Of a stretch of DNA of 64,000 bases, positions 1 through 7,533 are shown piece after piece (the stretch's first letter is position 1; each line of letters starts with the position of its first letter). The notes beneath the pieces are model-generated. The model saw only the letters and a program-made list of their open reading frames with translations. It ran no database searches and was not told where the DNA came from. Location of the stretch: positions 1 through 64,000 of IMG/VR virus record IMGVR_UViG_3300032284_001716. The stretch is one strand, 5' to 3'. Source of the stretch: a virus. A program made the translations under genes and the position numbers.

Positions 1-870
1 GCACCAACAGCGGCATTTGGACCTATTTGTTCATTACCTGAACTCGAAACCTGGATCACAACTTGGGCTTTTTCAGAAACCATACACTCTAGATCATATA
101 CACACATCATACGAAACATATATTCCAACCCTTCTAAAATTTTCGACGAAATTACTGACATCCCAGAGATCATAGAATGTGCAGGTGATATTAGTAAGTA
201 TTATGATTATTTGATTGCTTATAACAATGCATATGCTGATGGTTCATATCATACATTTATGGGCAGTGATATGACTGAAAATAGCATGTTATATGATATG
301 CATCATAAAGAACACAAGAAGGCTCTTTGGCTTGCATTGATGTCTGTTAACGTACTTGAAGGAGTTAGATTCTATGTCTCGTTTGCGTGCAGTTGGGCTT
401 TCGCAGAAGTTAAAAGAATGGAGGGAAATGCCAAGATCATCAAGCTTATTGCCCGTGACGAGAACCTTCATCTTGCTGGAACACAACAGCTACTCAAGGC
501 GCTTCAGAAAGAAGATGAGGACTTTGCCGCAATTGCTCAAGAAACGAAAGATGAATGCATCCAACTTTTTGTTAGTGCTGTTGATCAAGAGAAAGCTTGG
601 GCGAGTTATCTATTCAGAGATGGGTCGATGGTTGGTTTGAATGAAGCCCTGCTGAACGAATATATAGAATGGATTGCTAATAAGCGTATGACAGCTGTTG
701 GCTTGCCTACGCCTTATAAGGGTGGAAGCAATCCACTACCGTGGACACAAAAGTGGATTTCTGGTTCAGAAGTTCAAGTGGCACCACAAGAAACTGAGAT
801 CACTAGTTATATTAATGGTGGTGTCAAAAAAGACGTTAATGAGAACACATTTAAAGGATTTAGCCTATGA
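1..870 (+). CDS. nrdB: Ribonucleotide reductase class Ia beta subunit (5' truncated by window)
   Basis: Frame 1 is open from base 1 (…WAFSETIHSRSYTHI…); LEGVRFYVSFACS, IARDENLH and C-terminal VAPQETEITSY are R2 motifs. Confidence 0.97.
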   Translation, partial: APTAAFGPICSLPELETWITTWAFSETIHSRSYTHIIRNIYSNPSKIFDEITDIPEIIECAGDISKYYDYLIAYNNAYADGSYHTFMGSDMTENSMLYDMHHKEHKKALWLALMSVNVLEGVRFYVSFACSWAFAEVKRMEGNAKIIKLIARDENLHLAGTQQLLKALQKEDEDFAAIAQETKDECIQLFVSAVDQEKAWASYLFRDGSMVGLNEALLNEYIEWIANKRMTAVGLPTPYKGGSNPLPWTQKWISGSEVQVAPQETEITSYINGGVKKDVNENTFKGFSL

Positions 871-1670
871 AATTATCAACATTAGTAGTTGCACTTCTAG
901 CAACAACAGGATCTGCTTATGCAGCAGATCCTCAAGCAGCCCCTAAGCCAGTTGCAGCATGTGCTGCGATGGTACCATATGGTGCACCATCCTCTAAGGC
1001 AGGTGAACCGGTTATCTGTCGCGCTGGATATATCCTAGAGCACAACAACACGGCCAAGATTCCTGGTTGGGTTGCTTGGACTCTTACACCTGAGCATGTT
1101 ATCAGCTGCCTACCACGTGATGATGCGTTTGCTGCTGACCAGTCGCTTGGTCCTAACTCTGCAAAGCCTACAGATTATGCAGGTTCTGGTTATGATCAGG
1201 GTCATCTTGCTAACAACGCTGACATGTCGTATGATGCAACGGTCGCTCGTGAGTCGTTCATCATGTCAAACATGAGCCCTCAGCTTCCTGGTGTCAATCG
1301 TGGTACATGGAAGAATCTAGAGTCTGCCGAGCGTGCCTGGGTATACTCTAACAAGGCTGCATATACTATCATCGCCGGTAACATCTGGTCTGCCTCTAGC
1401 AAGACTATCGGTGCTGATAAGGTTGTAGTTCCTGATGCACTCTATAAGATTCTTGTGAACAATGCAACCAAGCAATCTATCGCCTTCATCATTCCTAACA
1501 TTGCAGGAACCGATCAGGACTTCACTAAGTATCAGGTGACAGTTGCTGATGTTGAGAAGGCCTCAGGTTATGTGTTTGCTGTTCCTGATGCAAAGACCGC
1601 CAAGAACAAGATTCCAGCTGTTGATCTAAAGACCATTGCAGCTGATAAGAAGAATCAATGTAAGGCTTAA
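867..1670 (+). CDS. DNA/RNA non-specific endonuclease (NucA/EndA-like) with signal peptide
   Basis: YDQGHLA (DRGH-like) motif, SNMSPQ..NRGTW..LE; N-terminal Sec signal MKLSTLVVALLATTGSAYA. Confidence 0.9.
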   Translation: MKLSTLVVALLATTGSAYAADPQAAPKPVAACAAMVPYGAPSSKAGEPVICRAGYILEHNNTAKIPGWVAWTLTPEHVISCLPRDDAFAADQSLGPNSAKPTDYAGSGYDQGHLANNADMSYDATVARESFIMSNMSPQLPGVNRGTWKNLESAERAWVYSNKAAYTIIAGNIWSASSKTIGADKVVVPDALYKILVNNATKQSIAFIIPNIAGTDQDFTKYQVTVADVEKASGYVFAVPDAKTAKNKIPAVDLKTIAADKKNQCKA

Positions 1671-1672
1671 TC

Positions 1673-1825
1673 ATGGGGACCGATTATCTTTGTGAACAGT
1701 GCGATGCAGAGTATCAGGTCATCCATCGAGAGAAAGATCCGGTATCCTTCTGCCCCTTTTGTGGGTGGCAGAAGGATCTAGATGAAGAAACTGAGGAAGA
1801 CGAAGACCTCTGGGACGATGAGTAG
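1673..1825 (+). CDS. Small zinc-ribbon protein, 50 aa (not in ORF track)
   Basis: MGTDYLCEQCDAEY…CPFCGW…acidic tail; CxxC…CPxCG; fills the gap between neighbours exactly. Confidence 0.75.
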   Translation: MGTDYLCEQCDAEYQVIHREKDPVSFCPFCGWQKDLDEETEEDEDLWDDE

Positions 1826-2235
1826 TGTCCTATGAAAATCCGTGGACCTATGAAGGTAACTTAGTAGATGAAGAATTAGTGTACAATCATGTTGGTTTTG
1901 TGTATAATATAACCAACATGACGACAGGTAGACGCTACATTGGTAAGAAGCTCTTCACTAAGTCTAAGACTAGGCAGGTGAAGGGCAAGAAGAAACGTAC
2001 TAGAGTAGCGTCTGACTGGATGGAATACTATGGTTCTAATAAAGAGTTGCAGGCTGATGTTGAGCAACTAGGTATCCACAACTTCAAGAGAGAGATACTT
2101 AGACTATGCAAAACCAAAGGCGAGTGCAACTATTGGGAAGCTCGATACCAGTTCGACTATCGAGTTCTCGAGTCTAACGACTATTATAACTCGTGGATCA
2201 TGGTAAAAGTCCATAAAGCGCATCTGCCCACGTAG
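1825..2235 (+). CDS. GIY-YIG endonuclease (T4 endonuclease II/Seg-like)
   Basis: GFVYNITN…RRYIGKK, YYGS, FKREIL, YYNSWI. Confidence 0.85.
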   Translation: MSYENPWTYEGNLVDEELVYNHVGFVYNITNMTTGRRYIGKKLFTKSKTRQVKGKKKRTRVASDWMEYYGSNKELQADVEQLGIHNFKREILRLCKTKGECNYWEARYQFDYRVLESNDYYNSWIMVKVHKAHLPT

Positions 2236-2303
2236 GCCAACAGGTTAGAGTCAACGGACTTAAAATCCGTAAAGTGTCGGTTCGAATCCGACCGTGGGCA
2301 CCA
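2226..2303 (+). tRNA. tRNA-Leu(UAA), short variable arm
   Basis: Acceptor GCCCACG/CGTGGGC + A-CCA; anticodon arm ACGGA-CTTAAAA-TCCGT; T arm GTCGG-TTCGAAT-CCGAC. Confidence 0.92.
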
Positions 2304-2319
2304 TTAACAGAGAAAGACA

Positions 2320-2793
2320 ATGAGAAAGTTTGATCTTGATGAAGTGGTTGAATTTATCCTCAGTTCTTCGCCTTCCACCTCCATCTATATTGGAGCAGAT
2401 AGTGAACGTTACCGCGGTAGGGATGACAAGTGGTATGCTGACTATACAGTTGCCATTGTTATTCACATGGATTCTTCTAGAGGTTGTCGTGTCTTCGGAA
2501 AGATAGACACAGAACGTGACTTTGATAAGCGCCATGATCGACCAGCGTATCGTCTTATGAACGAGGTCTATCGTGCATCTCAGATGTACCTAGACTTGTT
2601 TGAAGCTATCGGCGATCGCCACTGTGAAGTTCATCTGGACATCAATCCTGATGAGATGCATGGTTCATCATGTGTCATTCAGCAGGCTACCGGCTATATT
2701 CGTGGCATGTGTGGTTTTACTCCTAAGGTAAAGCCAGAAGCTTTTGCTGCTTCTTATGCAGCCGATAGACTGAAGGAAATTCTGCACGCGTAG
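2320..2793 (+). CDS. RNase H-like YkuK (DUF458) family protein
   Basis: IYIGADSE, RLMNEV, EVHLDINPD, KVKPEAFAASYAADR. Confidence 0.85.
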   Translation: MRKFDLDEVVEFILSSSPSTSIYIGADSERYRGRDDKWYADYTVAIVIHMDSSRGCRVFGKIDTERDFDKRHDRPAYRLMNEVYRASQMYLDLFEAIGDRHCEVHLDINPDEMHGSSCVIQQATGYIRGMCGFTPKVKPEAFAASYAADRLKEILHA

Positions 2794-2859
2794 CTTAGCG
2801 TCTAAAGCCGGCCGCTCATAACGGTCTTATCGGGGGTTAGAGTCCCTCCGCGTGCACCA
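2784..2859 (+). tRNA. tRNA with CAU anticodon, most likely Ile2 (lysidine type)
   Basis: Acceptor GCACGCG/CGCGTGC + A-CCA; anticodon arm GGCCG-CTCATAA-CGGTC resembles proteobacterial Ile2; no initiator GGG/CCC stem or 1-72 mismatch. Confidence 0.88.
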
Positions 2860-2880
2860 ATTTTAACAAAGGAGTATATT

Positions 2881-2970
2881 ATGGCACATCCGCATAAAAA
2901 TCGTCCTCGCAAGGGTCGTCGTAAGATTGGCTCTAAGAAGCGGAAGCAGAGGAATAAGAGGAAGAGGTGA
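2881..2970 (+). CDS. 29-aa highly basic peptide MAHPHKNRPRKGRRKIGSKKRKQRNKRKR (not in ORF track)
   Basis: AAGGAG SD 6 nt upstream of ATG; stop overlaps GTG start of next gene (GTGA). Confidence 0.75.
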   Translation: MAHPHKNRPRKGRRKIGSKKRKQRNKRKR

Positions 2971-3326
2971 GACTCTTCCTCGCAGTCATGACCATGGTAT
3001 TCCCATTGTCAGCTACCGCAGCTGATATGAAAAGGGAATACCATGGCATTGCTTCTTGGTACCAGAGTGGGCATAAGACTGCAAGTGGTCAAAAATTCAA
3101 TGCTCATAAGTATTCTGTGGCACACAAGAATCTACCATTCGGTACTATGTTGCGTTTGACTAACATAAAGACTGGTGCCACGATCGACGCGGTCGTCAAC
3201 GATAGAGGGCCGTTTAAGAAGGATCGAGAGCTTGACGTATCAAAGGCTGGTGCAATATCTCTAGGGTTCTTCCATAGTGGTACGGCAAAACTTCTTATTG
3301 AGGTATTGTCTGACCTAAAGAAATAA
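2967..3326 (+). CDS. rlpA: RlpA-family lytic transglycosylase (DPBB domain) with signal peptide
   Basis: GIASWY…TASGQKF…AHKNLPFGT…VNDRGPF…R.LDVS. Confidence 0.92.
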   Translation: MRLFLAVMTMVFPLSATAADMKREYHGIASWYQSGHKTASGQKFNAHKYSVAHKNLPFGTMLRLTNIKTGATIDAVVNDRGPFKKDRELDVSKAGAISLGFFHSGTAKLLIEVLSDLKK

Positions 3327-3338
3327 TTGGAGAATGAT

Positions 3339-4250
3339 ATGTACAAGACACTTTTAACCGCAGGGGTAATGTTTGCCGCGGTCGCGTCAACACCCGCGGC
3401 CGCAAAGCCTTTTACACTGTCTGACCTTTTTTCTAGTCCACAACCAGAGGTTCAGCAACCAGTACAGCAACCGAAGAAGGTTGTTAAGAAGCGTACTAAA
3501 AAGCAAACAAAGCAGGTTAAGGCTCCTGTTAAAGTAGCACCTGAAAATAATGCATTCGTAAAGTGTGATTCATTATTTGGTATTGGTTGTGGCATGGTGG
3601 CCGCAGCACCTACTACTGCAGCTATTACGTATGGTGTTGGTATGTCTGCCCCCTCTACATCTTCAGAGGAGATGACGTCAGCACAGTATTGGGCAGAGGA
3701 AGCTAGACGTAATCAGAAGCAGCAACCTGCTGTTGCTCCTAGACAGTCGATTGCTACAAATCTAAAGACTCGTGAGGAACGTCGCCGCGAGCTAGTTATG
3801 AATTGTAGCTGGTTTACATGTACGCCGGGTTATGTAGAACCGGTGATGGAAGCCAAGAAGTGGGAAGGCAAGACTGCTAAGGGTAATAAGCGCGAGCTTC
3901 AAGCCCTATTCAAAGATGGTAAGGTTCCACCTATTGATCCAGCACGTATCCCATGGTGTGCTGCATTTGCGAATGCCATCCTATCAAGAGCTGGTTTCGA
4001 AACAACAGGCAGTCTACAAGCTAGAAGCTTCCTTCACTGGGGTACAAAGACAAAAGATCCCAAAGAAGGGGATATTGTTGTTCTAGCACGAGGCCACAAT
4101 GGTTGGTCAGGGCATGTTGGATTCTTCCAGGGCTTCGAAGATTTCGAAGGTGTTAAGTATGTTAAGGTACTTGCGGGTAATACGGACAAGGCAGTTCAGG
4201 TCGGCTATTTCCCAGTGAGTAAAGTTCTTGGATATAGAACAGCAGCCTAA
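3339..4250 (+). CDS. Exported TIGR02594/NlpC-P60-like peptidoglycan hydrolase
   Basis: Signal peptide; C-terminal PWCAAF…ARSFLHWG…GDIVV…GHVGF…VLAGN (Cys/His dyad). Confidence 0.85.
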   Translation: MYKTLLTAGVMFAAVASTPAAAKPFTLSDLFSSPQPEVQQPVQQPKKVVKKRTKKQTKQVKAPVKVAPENNAFVKCDSLFGIGCGMVAAAPTTAAITYGVGMSAPSTSSEEMTSAQYWAEEARRNQKQQPAVAPRQSIATNLKTREERRRELVMNCSWFTCTPGYVEPVMEAKKWEGKTAKGNKRELQALFKDGKVPPIDPARIPWCAAFANAILSRAGFETTGSLQARSFLHWGTKTKDPKEGDIVVLARGHNGWSGHVGFFQGFEDFEGVKYVKVLAGNTDKAVQVGYFPVSKVLGYRTAA

Positions 4251-4279
4251 CGATCGATATATAAGTTATAGAAAAATAA

Positions 4280-4311
4280 ACGGGCAGTATGTTATTCTCG
4301 ATACTGCCCGT
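4280..4311 (+). promoter_or_regulatory. 11-bp stem hairpin in intergenic leader
   Basis: ACGGGCAGTAT-N10-ATACTGCCCGT perfect inverted repeat, no U tract. Confidence 0.5.
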
Positions 4312-4372
4312 GATCAAATCTTACTGTTAACAATTGAGAAAAAAGTTTGCTTGTTTATCATGGAGATTTTGA

Positions 4373-4534
4373 ATGGCAGAGGTCGACCTAGTAAAGGTTG
4401 AGCTCGAGTGGTATAAACAAATCCTCGAGCATATCAATAAAGTTCTATCTAATCCGCAAATGACCAATGATGAAAAGGTCAGTTCAGCCGCGTGGCTTGT
4501 CAAACAGTTGAAGAAGAGTGATCGTGATGACTGA
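4373..4534 (+). CDS. Hypothetical protein, 53 aa (not in ORF track)
   Basis: GGAG SD; MAEVDLVKVELEWYKQILEH…; stop overlaps clpP start. Confidence 0.65.
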   Translation: MAEVDLVKVELEWYKQILEHINKVLSNPQMTNDEKVSSAAWLVKQLKKSDRDD

Positions 4535-5087
4535 TAAGAGTGATAAGAAGACTGAGATTCCGAGCATCGATGAACATCACTACTATATGTTTACTAAGGA
4601 GTTTGATGCTGACTCATCGTCTGATGCTATAGAGTTTATCCTAGAACGAAATCTTATGAAGATCAAGCCGAAGATGATGAAGATGATCATTAACTCGCCG
4701 GGTGGTGAGATTGCGGCTGCCTTCGCGCTCATCGATACAATGAAAGGGTCACGCGTGCCCATCTATACGTACGGGCTTGGTGAGATCGCCTCCTGCGGTC
4801 TTATGACGTTTATCGCCGGTGAAAAGGGTCATCGCTACATCACCCGTAATACTGCCATCCTCTCACATCAGTATAGCTGGGGATCCTTTGGTAAGGATCA
4901 TGAGCTCATGGCTCGTGTGAAGGAATTTAACAACACACATGCACGAATCCTCGAGCACTATAAGAAGTGCACAGGACTTTCCGAGAAAGATGTTAAGAAG
5001 TTCCTTCTTCCTCCTGAGGACGTGTGGCTGACGGCTAAAGAAGCTGTTAAGTATGGTATCGCTGACGAAGTGGTGGATTTTTACTGA
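4527..5087 (+). CDS. clpP: ClpP-family protease proteolytic subunit
   Basis: INSPGG, IASCG (Ser), SHQ (His), EDVWLTAKEAVKYGIAD (Asp). Confidence 0.95.
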   Translation: MTDKSDKKTEIPSIDEHHYYMFTKEFDADSSSDAIEFILERNLMKIKPKMMKMIINSPGGEIAAAFALIDTMKGSRVPIYTYGLGEIASCGLMTFIAGEKGHRYITRNTAILSHQYSWGSFGKDHELMARVKEFNNTHARILEHYKKCTGLSEKDVKKFLLPPEDVWLTAKEAVKYGIADEVVDFY

Positions 5088-5242
5088 TGTGGAGACTCTG
5101 GGCAAAAGCGCTTGGGGAAAAGGCGTCTGACGAAGACAAAGAGGCTGATCGTGTTGCTATCATTAGGACACTGATAATTATCAGCTACATCACAACAAAT
5201 TTGTTTATCGTAGCAGGTGTGATTAGGCATTGGAATGGGTAA
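5087..5242 (+). CDS. Small membrane protein, 51 aa, of the MWRLWAKALG type seen in T4-like phages
   Basis: TGATG overlap with clpP; MWRLWAKALGEKA…IVAGVIRHW; one TM helix. Confidence 0.75.
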   Translation: MWRLWAKALGEKASDEDKEADRVAIIRTLIIISYITTNLFIVAGVIRHWNG

Positions 5243-5468
5243 TAAATATAATTGGATTTTTTGGATGGAATGGTTATCAACCGCAGTGCTTATCTACGGT
5301 TGTGTAATGAATGCATTTAACATATATCCACTCAATATCTACCTATGTCTACTTGGTAATTTCGGTTGGGCCGTTGTTGCCTGGCAATGGCGTAAGTGGT
5401 CATTATTAGTCATCCAGGGTGTAGTGTCCGTTATCTACATATTTGGTGTTGCCGCGGTCCAAATGTAA
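5235..5468 (+). CDS. Small 3-TM membrane protein
   Basis: Three hydrophobic segments; N(I)YPLN motif. Confidence 0.7.
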   Translation: MGNKYNWIFWMEWLSTAVLIYGCVMNAFNIYPLNIYLCLLGNFGWAVVAWQWRKWSLLVIQGVVSVIYIFGVAAVQM

Positions 5469-6188
5469 ATGTTAAAAACAAAAGTTGAACACTTCTTTGG
5501 TTCTCAAGAGAGGCATGATCTGCAGATGGTGAAGTTGAGTCTTGATATTGATAATCTGGTAGAGCGTGAAGCTCTTGAGAATGGTTGGTTGATTGCTAAT
5601 GAACAGTGGTATCAGTGCCGCAGCGTTAGAATCAACATCGAAGAGTATACAGATAAATCAAAAGAACCAAAGATGCCTAAAACTCTGACATTCGAGTTCT
5701 TCTGGCGCTCACAGATTGATGATGATAACCGTGATCATATCAAAACGGTATTCAAACAGTTCTGTGAGTATAAAGGGTTCGACGATCAAGCATTTGACGT
5801 CTTCAAGGACTGGGATCGATCTGCATGGATTATCGTCTATGATGAGGGTGTTCCTGTTGCATTTACAAAGTTCATCAGATACGACAGTGATGTAGAGAGC
5901 CAGTTCACTGCATGGAACTATCATAAGCCAAAACTCTCTATCGGCAAAGCTCTCATCTGGTATGAGACTATCATTGCTACAGAGTTTATGGGTTCTGACA
6001 AGTACCTCTATATTGGTCAGGGATATGAAGAAGGTAGTGCGTACAAGGCTGACATTCCTGGCTTTGAGTGGTGGACCGGATCAGAATGGTCTAAAGATCG
6101 CGAAGAGTATAAAGCATTGTGTGCGCGTGATAGCTCTATAAATAGTCTACAAGAGTTGTCCAAGGTATACAATAATGGCGATCGGTAA
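5469..6188 (+). CDS. Putative aminoacyl-tRNA-protein transferase (ATE/Bpt-like GNAT)
   Basis: N-terminal GW…WYQCRSVRI; C-terminal KLSIGK…YE…KYLYIGQGY…AYKADIPGFEWW resembles the ATE_C SLG…Y.YLGY…YK pattern. Confidence 0.6.
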   Translation: MLKTKVEHFFGSQERHDLQMVKLSLDIDNLVEREALENGWLIANEQWYQCRSVRINIEEYTDKSKEPKMPKTLTFEFFWRSQIDDDNRDHIKTVFKQFCEYKGFDDQAFDVFKDWDRSAWIIVYDEGVPVAFTKFIRYDSDVESQFTAWNYHKPKLSIGKALIWYETIIATEFMGSDKYLYIGQGYEEGSAYKADIPGFEWWTGSEWSKDREEYKALCARDSSINSLQELSKVYNNGDR

Positions 6189-7416
6189 ACACCCATCTGG
6201 TAAGAGAACACGTCAGCGCCCTGTCCTCAGCGCTAAAGAGTTGGCTAAGGTCACTAATGACCCTGCCTTCCGTGCCCGTATGGCAAAAATCAATACTATT
6301 CCAATTATCAGAACATTTGATATTCCATATGTTGCTGGTTACTCGCAAGATGGTAAGCGTGTCTACTTTGACCGTCATTTTGATACAAAGTTTGATGGCA
6401 AGGACATCACAAACTTCATTCGTATCCACGAGGTTGTTGAGAAGTTCCTCCTAGATACACAGCATATGAAGTACCAACAGGCGCATCACTACGCTCTTCA
6501 CTTTGAGCGTGCAGCTGTTGAGAAGGCTGGTATTAACTGGAATAAGTATTGTGATCACATCGATCCATACATCAAGAAGATTGGCCATGAATCTATCACA
6601 AAAGTTCCTAAGGACTTAGATGATGAGCCATACGCCGATGAGAAAGATAAGAAGATCCTAAAGTCCCTTATGCAAAAGGAGGGTCGTAAGTCCATCAAGG
6701 AAGAGATTCTTAATGAGACGAAGATCAGCCTTGAGTATCATGAGATTTTGAATCCTGCACTGTGGGATGATGTACGACTAAAGCCGGATGTTAAGAAGAA
6801 GTTGCTGAACTTCGGTTACGCGTGGGCAGACTTTGCAAAGATTCCACGTGACATGATTCAAGATATTACCATGATCGGTGGTAATGCAAACTACAACTAC
6901 ACATCAAAGTCTGATATTGATGTGCATCTAATTATCGACAGGGATGCCTTCGCATCTGGTGCAAGTAGAGAGATCATCGATGAGTATCTACAGGATAAGA
7001 AGCTGCTCTGGACCCTCACGCATAAAATTAGTGTACTCGGCTACGCGATTGAGCCCTACGCCCAACACAGCGAAGACAAACCTGCCGCCAACCAGGGGGT
7101 GTATTCACTCCTCCACAGTAGATGGTTACAATTCCCTAATCGCGGAAGCTATAACTGGAAAAACGATCCAGCGCTTAAGCGAAAGGTGATGTTCTACAAG
7201 AAGTCCATTGACGAGATTATCAAGAACAAGATGGGTGGAGACGCCGTCAAGGACATGAAGCGAAAGATAAGAGAGATGCGAAATGCATCCATCGCCAGAG
7301 GTGGTGAGTTCAGCTTCGAAAATCTTGTGTTCAAAGAACTACGCAACCGCGGTTATCTAGACAGGATGAATCGCTACGAACAGTCCTTAAAGGATCAGGC
7401 GTTGAGCTTGAAATAA
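6175..7416 (+). CDS. Two-domain protein: HExxE domain + Pol-beta-superfamily nucleotidyltransferase
   Basis: C-half IGGNANYNYTSKSDIDVH (hG[GS]x8-10DhDh) and GEFSFENLVFKELR; N-half YVAGYS…HEVVE…AH. Confidence 0.75.
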   Translation: MAIGKHPSGKRTRQRPVLSAKELAKVTNDPAFRARMAKINTIPIIRTFDIPYVAGYSQDGKRVYFDRHFDTKFDGKDITNFIRIHEVVEKFLLDTQHMKYQQAHHYALHFERAAVEKAGINWNKYCDHIDPYIKKIGHESITKVPKDLDDEPYADEKDKKILKSLMQKEGRKSIKEEILNETKISLEYHEILNPALWDDVRLKPDVKKKLLNFGYAWADFAKIPRDMIQDITMIGGNANYNYTSKSDIDVHLIIDRDAFASGASREIIDEYLQDKKLLWTLTHKISVLGYAIEPYAQHSEDKPAANQGVYSLLHSRWLQFPNRGSYNWKNDPALKRKVMFYKKSIDEIIKNKMGGDAVKDMKRKIREMRNASIARGGEFSFENLVFKELRNRGYLDRMNRYEQSLKDQALSLK

Positions 7417-7419
7417 CAG

Positions 7420-7448
7420 TGTACAAACATAGAGATAGAAGATATAAT
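7420..7448 (+). promoter_or_regulatory. Early (sigma70-type) promoter
   Basis: TGTACA-N17-TATAAT, same consensus as seven other sites. Confidence 0.7.
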
Positions 7449-7533
7449 AAGGATAATGTAAAATTAGTCTTCGAAGACGGAAGGACCGTCTGGAAACTCT
7501 ACCGCTGTGGCAAGCTAATATACATAGGAGTAC

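Noticed and set aside
1825-2235. GIY-YIG as intron-encoded homing endonuclease
   Set aside because: No interrupted gene or intron core seen; short and lacks a C-terminal DNA-binding extension
2260-2535. Minus-strand ORF ending MVPTVGFEPTLYGF
   Set aside because: Typical antisense translation of a tRNA gene
2233-2793. TAG recoding to explain stops inside tRNAs
   Set aside because: Long genes are intact in the standard code, several end in TAG at expected positions, and no suppressor tRNA is seen
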